64,000 bases of DNA from a bacterium. GTDB lineage: Bacteria > Desulfobacterota > Deferrisomatia > Deferrisomatales > BM512. Position 1 is the stretch's first letter. Every line of letters begins with the position of its first letter. Of this stretch, positions 60,595 through 64,000 are shown one piece after another. A program made the position numbers and the translations under genes. The stretch covers positions 6,138-70,137 of the forward strand of contig SCTA01000040.1 in NCBI GenBank assembly GCA_004322275.1, given 5' to 3'. Under the pieces are notes generated by a model. It ran no database searches. It was not told the origin of the DNA and was given only the letters and a program-made list of their open reading frames with translations.

Positions 60595-61866
60595 TCAAGA
60601 TTTTAGAGCTTTCCTGCCGATGTCGGTCCTGTAGTGCGCGCCGGGCCAGTGGATAACCTTTACGGCCCTGTAGGCGTTCTCTATCGCCTCCGCCACCGTG
60701 GAGCCGAGAGCCGTGACGCCCAGCACCCTGCCGCCGTTGGTCACTATCTTACCGTTTACTTCCTTCGTACCGGCGTGAAAGACGACTACGTCCGGAATTT
60801 TGGCGGCTTCGTCGAGCCCTTCGATGGGAACGCCCTTTGGATAGTTGCCCGGATACCCTTCGGAGGCCATTACAACGCAAACCGTAGCCCTCGGGTCCCA
60901 TTCGAGCGTTATTTCGTGAAGCCGCCCTTCGAGGCAGGCCTCGATTACCTCTACGAGATCGCTTTTAAGCCGTATGACGAGGGGCTGGCACTCAGGGTCT
61001 CCAAAGCGGCAGTTGAACTCCAGCACCTTGGGCCTGCCGTCCTTTATCATTATGCCGCCATAGAGGATGCCGACGTAAGGATGCCCCTCGCGGGCCATTC
61101 CCTCGACCATCGGCTTCATGACTTTTTCCATTATCTCGTCAAAGAGCTCGGGCGTGACGACAGGGGCGGGACAGTAAGCGCCCATGCCGCCGGTGTTGGG
61201 GCCGGCGTCGCCGTCGTATGCCCTTTTGTGATCCTGACTCGAATCCATCGGCACTACCGTCCTGCCGTCGCAGAAGGCAAGGAAACTGGCCTCCTCCCCT
61301 TCCAGAAACTCTTCGACCACGAGGAGGTTTCCGGCGTCGCCGAATTCTTTTGCGACCATGATGGAATCCACAGCGTCGAGGGCTTCCTTCTCGGTAAGCG
61401 CCACGATTACGCCCTTGCCCGCGGCCAGGCCATCGGCCTTTACCACTATCGGAACAGATTTTTTGCGGATGTATTCCTTCGCGGCGGCGGGATCGGTGAA
61501 CTCGGCGTATTCCGCCGTCGGCACGCCGAATCTCATCATCGCCTGCTTCGAGAAGGACTTCGACCCCTCGAGTTGAGCGGCGAACTTCGACGGCCCGAAG
61601 ACCCGGAGGCCGTTTTCCTTGAAAAGATCGACTATGCCGAGGGTGAGCGGCGCTTCCGGCCCCACCAGAGTCAGGTCGATTTTGTTTTCTTTCGCGAATT
61701 TTAGAAGCCCCGGAAGATCTTCCGAGCCGATATTTACGTTTTCGGCCAGAAGGGCCGTTCCCGCGTTGCCCGGCGCGGCGAAAATTTTCCTCACCCTGGG
61801 GCTTTTGGAGAGCTTCCAGACGAGGGCGTGTTCCCTGCCCCCCGAGCCGATTACCAGTACCTTCAT
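60595..61866 (-). CDS. purD: Phosphoribosylamine-glycine ligase
   Basis: [18 protein letters not shown]-grasp core and the PurD C-terminal domain. Confidence 0.93.
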   Translation of the reverse strand: MKVLVIGSGGREHALVWKLSKSPRVRKIFAAPGNAGTALLAENVNIGSEDLPGLLKFAKENKIDLTLVGPEAPLTLGIVDLFKENGLRVFGPSKFAAQLEGSKSFSKQAMMRFGVPTAEYAEFTDPAAAKEYIRKKSVPIVVKADGLAAGKGVIVALTEKEALDAVDSIMVAKEFGDAGNLLVVEEFLEGEEASFLAFCDGRTVVPMDSSQDHKRAYDGDAGPNTGGMGAYCPAPVVTPELFDEIMEKVMKPMVEGMAREGHPYVGILYGGIMIKDGRPKVLEFNCRFGDPECQPLVIRLKSDLVEVIEACLEGRLHEITLEWDPRATVCVVMASEGYPGNYPKGVPIEGLDEAAKIPDVVVFHAGTKEVNGKIVTNGGRVLGVTALGSTVAEAIENAYRAVKVIHWPGAHYRTDIGRKALKS

Positions 61867-62459
61867 TTGGAGTGTCCCTTAAGCCAGTTCGAGATTGCGG
61901 TGTCGTACTCGGCGGTGCGAGAGAAGGCCTTTACGCAGAGCTCGTAGCGCAGCGCGTCGCCTATCGCGCCGTCGTTGGCGTCCATTTCACCCAGAATCCT
62001 GTAATAGTCGGCGGGATCGACGACGACGGTGACAAACTTGTGGTTCTTCGCGGCCGCACGGATCATGCAAGGGCCGCCGATGTCTATCTGCTCTATAGCA
62101 TCGTCGAAGGTGCAGCCGGGAACGGCGACGGTCTTTTCAAAGGGATAGAGGTTGATGGCGACGAGGTCGATCGGCTCGATACCGTACTCTTCCATCTTCG
62201 CAACGTGCTTGGGGTTGTCGCGGATGCCGAGGATGCCGCCGTGAACCTTGGGGTGAAGGGTCTTTACCCTGCCGTCCAGCATCTCGGGAAAGCCGGTGTA
62301 CTCGCTCACGTCCTTCACCTCTACCTCGGAGTTGCGGAAGAGGCGGGCGGTGCCGCCGGTGGAGAGTATCTCGACGCCGCGCTGGTTCAGCCCCTTCGCG
62401 AAGGCCGCCACGCCCGTCTTATCGTAAACGCTTATGATTGCCCTTCGTATCTTCACCAT
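61863..62459 (-). CDS. purH: Stand-alone IMP cyclohydrolase (PurH N-terminal MGS-like domain only)
   Basis: [33 protein letters not shown] and [15 protein letters not shown] motifs. The protein ends at 198 aa, with its TGA overlapping the purD ATG. No AICAR formyltransferase domain follows. Confidence 0.85.
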   Translation of the reverse strand: MVKIRRAIISVYDKTGVAAFAKGLNQRGVEILSTGGTARLFRNSEVEVKDVSEYTGFPEMLDGRVKTLHPKVHGGILGIRDNPKHVAKMEEYGIEPIDLVAINLYPFEKTVAVPGCTFDDAIEQIDIGGPCMIRAAAKNHKFVTVVVDPADYYRILGEMDANDGAIGDALRYELCVKAFSRTAEYDTAISNWLKGHSK

Positions 62460-62499
62460 GTTTGAGTCGCCTTTCGCATAAGAGATATATATTTACGGT

Positions 62500-63621
62500 T
62501 CAATAATGTCTTGGTACGCGGCAGCCTATGGAGCAGAGGATTTCATAGGGAATGGTATCCTCCCACGAAGCCATCTCCCCGGCGGTAATCTCAACGCCCT
62601 CCCGTTTCCCGATGAGAATCACCTCGTCACCTTCGCTAACTCCGGGGGCGTCGGTGACATCCGCCATGATCAGGTCCATGCAGACCCTGCCGACCACCGG
62701 CAAACGCCTGCCGCGGATTATAACTTCTCCCGCGCCTCCGAGGGAGCGCCTGTAGCCATCGGCATAGCCCACGGAAACCGTCGCTATCCTGCTCGGCCTT
62801 TTCGTGACGAACCTTCCGCCGTAGGAGACAGGCACCCCTTCTTCGAGGTTCCTCACCTGCAAAACGGCGCTGACCCATTCGAGGGCGGGCTTCAGAATGC
62901 CCTCCGGGTCGAGGTCCGGCTCGGGGCGGATTCCGTAGAGGGCTATTCCCGTTCTCGCGCAGTCGAAACGGGCGCTTTCTTCAGTAAGAAGAGCCGCCGA
63001 ATTGGCGGCGTGAATCATCCCGCAGTCTATGCCCGCATCCCTGAACGTCGAGAGCACGGACCGGAACCTCTCAAGCTGGAGCGCGGTAAACTCCCTGCTC
63101 TCGCCCGCCCTCGCGAAATGCATCGAAACGCCGGTGAGTTTCAGAAAAGGATTTTCCCTGAAAATCCTTCCCGCCTCGCCTGCCTCCCCGACGGTAAGGC
63201 CGAGTCTGGCCATGCCGGTGTCGAAGTTGAGGTGGAGCCCGAATAAAACCTCTCTCCTTCGCGCCTCCTCCCCCATCTCCCGAAGAACCCGAAGGGAACT
63301 GACCACCGGGGTGAAGCGCCTCTCGGAAAGGAGTGAAAGCTGCCCTGCCTCGGAGCCGAAGAGGAGGATGATCTCCGCCCTTATTCCGGCGTCGCGGAGA
63401 AGACAGGCCTCGTCCAGACTGCTTACGGCGAAAATGTCCGCTCGCGCGCGCTCCTCCAGCGCCTTTGCGACCGGCACCGCCCCGTGGCCGTAGGCATCAG
63501 CCTTCACGACGGGACAGATGCGGGCCTTTCCGGCGACTTTTTTCAGATACCCGTAATTCGAGACGATGGCGTCGAGGTCCACCCTGGCCCAGGTCCGCCG
63601 GAAATGAACTACTTCGCTCAT
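62500..63621 (-). CDS. alr: Alanine racemase
   Basis: PLP-lysine motif VVKADAYGHGAV and the C-terminal beta domain. Confidence 0.92.
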   Translation of the reverse strand: MSEVVHFRRTWARVDLDAIVSNYGYLKKVAGKARICPVVKADAYGHGAVPVAKALEERARADIFAVSSLDEACLLRDAGIRAEIILLFGSEAGQLSLLSERRFTPVVSSLRVLREMGEEARRREVLFGLHLNFDTGMARLGLTVGEAGEAGRIFRENPFLKLTGVSMHFARAGESREFTALQLERFRSVLSTFRDAGIDCGMIHAANSAALLTEESARFDCARTGIALYGIRPEPDLDPEGILKPALEWVSAVLQVRNLEEGVPVSYGGRFVTKRPSRIATVSVGYADGYRRSLGGAGEVIIRGRRLPVVGRVCMDLIMADVTDAPGVSEGDEVILIGKREGVEITAGEMASWEDTIPYEILCSIGCRVPRHY

Positions 63622-64000
63622 TTAAAACTGCTTGAGTTCAGATACCATTTACCGTTGAACTTCCAGCGCTGGAAGATATCCTTTTTAACCGGCGTGACCG
63701 TGCCCTTTTCGTAGACCATTACATATCCCGATATCTCGGAATCCGAAGGGGTGCCAAAATTGCCGACGAGATCGGCGATGTCGTAGCGGGTGACGCTGTA
63801 CTTCGCTATGAAACGGTAAAATTCGTTGCGGATATCCTCGCGTCTCTCCGGCGACACCATTTCAATCGCCGAATCGACGTTCTTTTGTTTTACGAGGCCC
63901 CAGAAATTTTCAAAGGAAGCGCGGAGGGTCGTTTCAAGCTCCCTTCTCTTCTGCACCTCTTCGACCGAGAGGCGGTCGGAGGGTGGAGGAGGCGCCGGAG
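63618..64000 (-). CDS. Hypothetical protein (5' end possibly outside window)
   Basis: The track ORF starts at a GTG (63956), but the frame stays open to the window end. No motif was recognised. Its stop overlaps the alr ATG (ATGA). Confidence 0.45.
   Translation of the reverse strand, partial: PAPPPPSDRLSVEEVQKRRELETTLRASFENFWGLVKQKNVDSAIEMVSPERREDIRNEFYRFIAKYSVTRYDIADLVGNFGTPSDSEISGYVMVYEKGTVTPVKKDIFQRWKFNGKWYLNSSSFK

Noticed and set aside
1-64000. I searched every intergenic gap over 80 nt by eye for tRNA, rRNA, tmRNA, RNase P RNA, SRP RNA or 6S RNA.
   Set aside because: No cloverleaf-compatible sequences or hallmark motifs were seen (for example GAGGAAAGTCC for RNase P, or the GGAAGCAGCC SRP core). 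A proper tRNAscan/Infernal run would be needed to exclude them formally.

Overview
This is a 64-kb, G+C-rich, very gene-dense bacterial chromosomal segment. Typical 60-nt lines I counted are above 60% G+C. I can support about 62 protein-coding genes. Roughly 50 lie on the minus strand in long trains with many 1-8 nt start/stop overlaps, often ATGA. By eye I found no rRNA, tRNA, tmRNA, RNase P or SRP RNA, CRISPR array, IS element or prophage gene. Most genes are housekeeping: rsmA, tsaD, der, era, purE, purD, a stand-alone IMP cyclohydrolase, alr, xseA, pcm, an RpoH-like sigma factor, xerD, moeA/mobB and pncA/NAPRTase. These are mixed with an anaerobe-like redox inventory: hexaheme, tetraheme and diheme c-type cytochromes, a clostridial ferredoxin, an orphan hypF and a membrane polyferredoxin. 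Lineage cannot be assigned from this window alone. The candidates most worth a second look are: (1) a self-contained central operon (29603-33640) coupling a MoxR AAA+ ATPase and CoxE-type VWA protein to a rhomboid protease and an N-extended radical SAM enzyme; (2) the adjacent envelope cluster (33797-37889) of beta-barrel OMP, membrane-anchored Cys-rich protein, FG-GAP lipoprotein and PSCyt1-like cytochrome; (3) an 862-aa fusion of a cNMP-binding domain, a degenerate sigma54-type AAA+ module and a NapH-like membrane Fe-S domain, translationally coupled to a flavodoxin-like protein (1003-4259); (4) a family of strictly intergenic repeats, comprising a ~145-bp element with near-identical arms and a variable centre, a ~35-bp palindromic hairpin in inverted copies around a lower-G+C methyltransferase gene, and a looser ~100-130-bp subfamily; (5) a receiver / SPFH-zinc-ribbon / duplicated zinc-ribbon module (44458-47303). 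All functional calls rest on motif recognition by eye, and no database search was run. Many track ORFs begin at non-ATG codons or carry spurious N-terminal extensions, so I trimmed starts where the sequence supported it.
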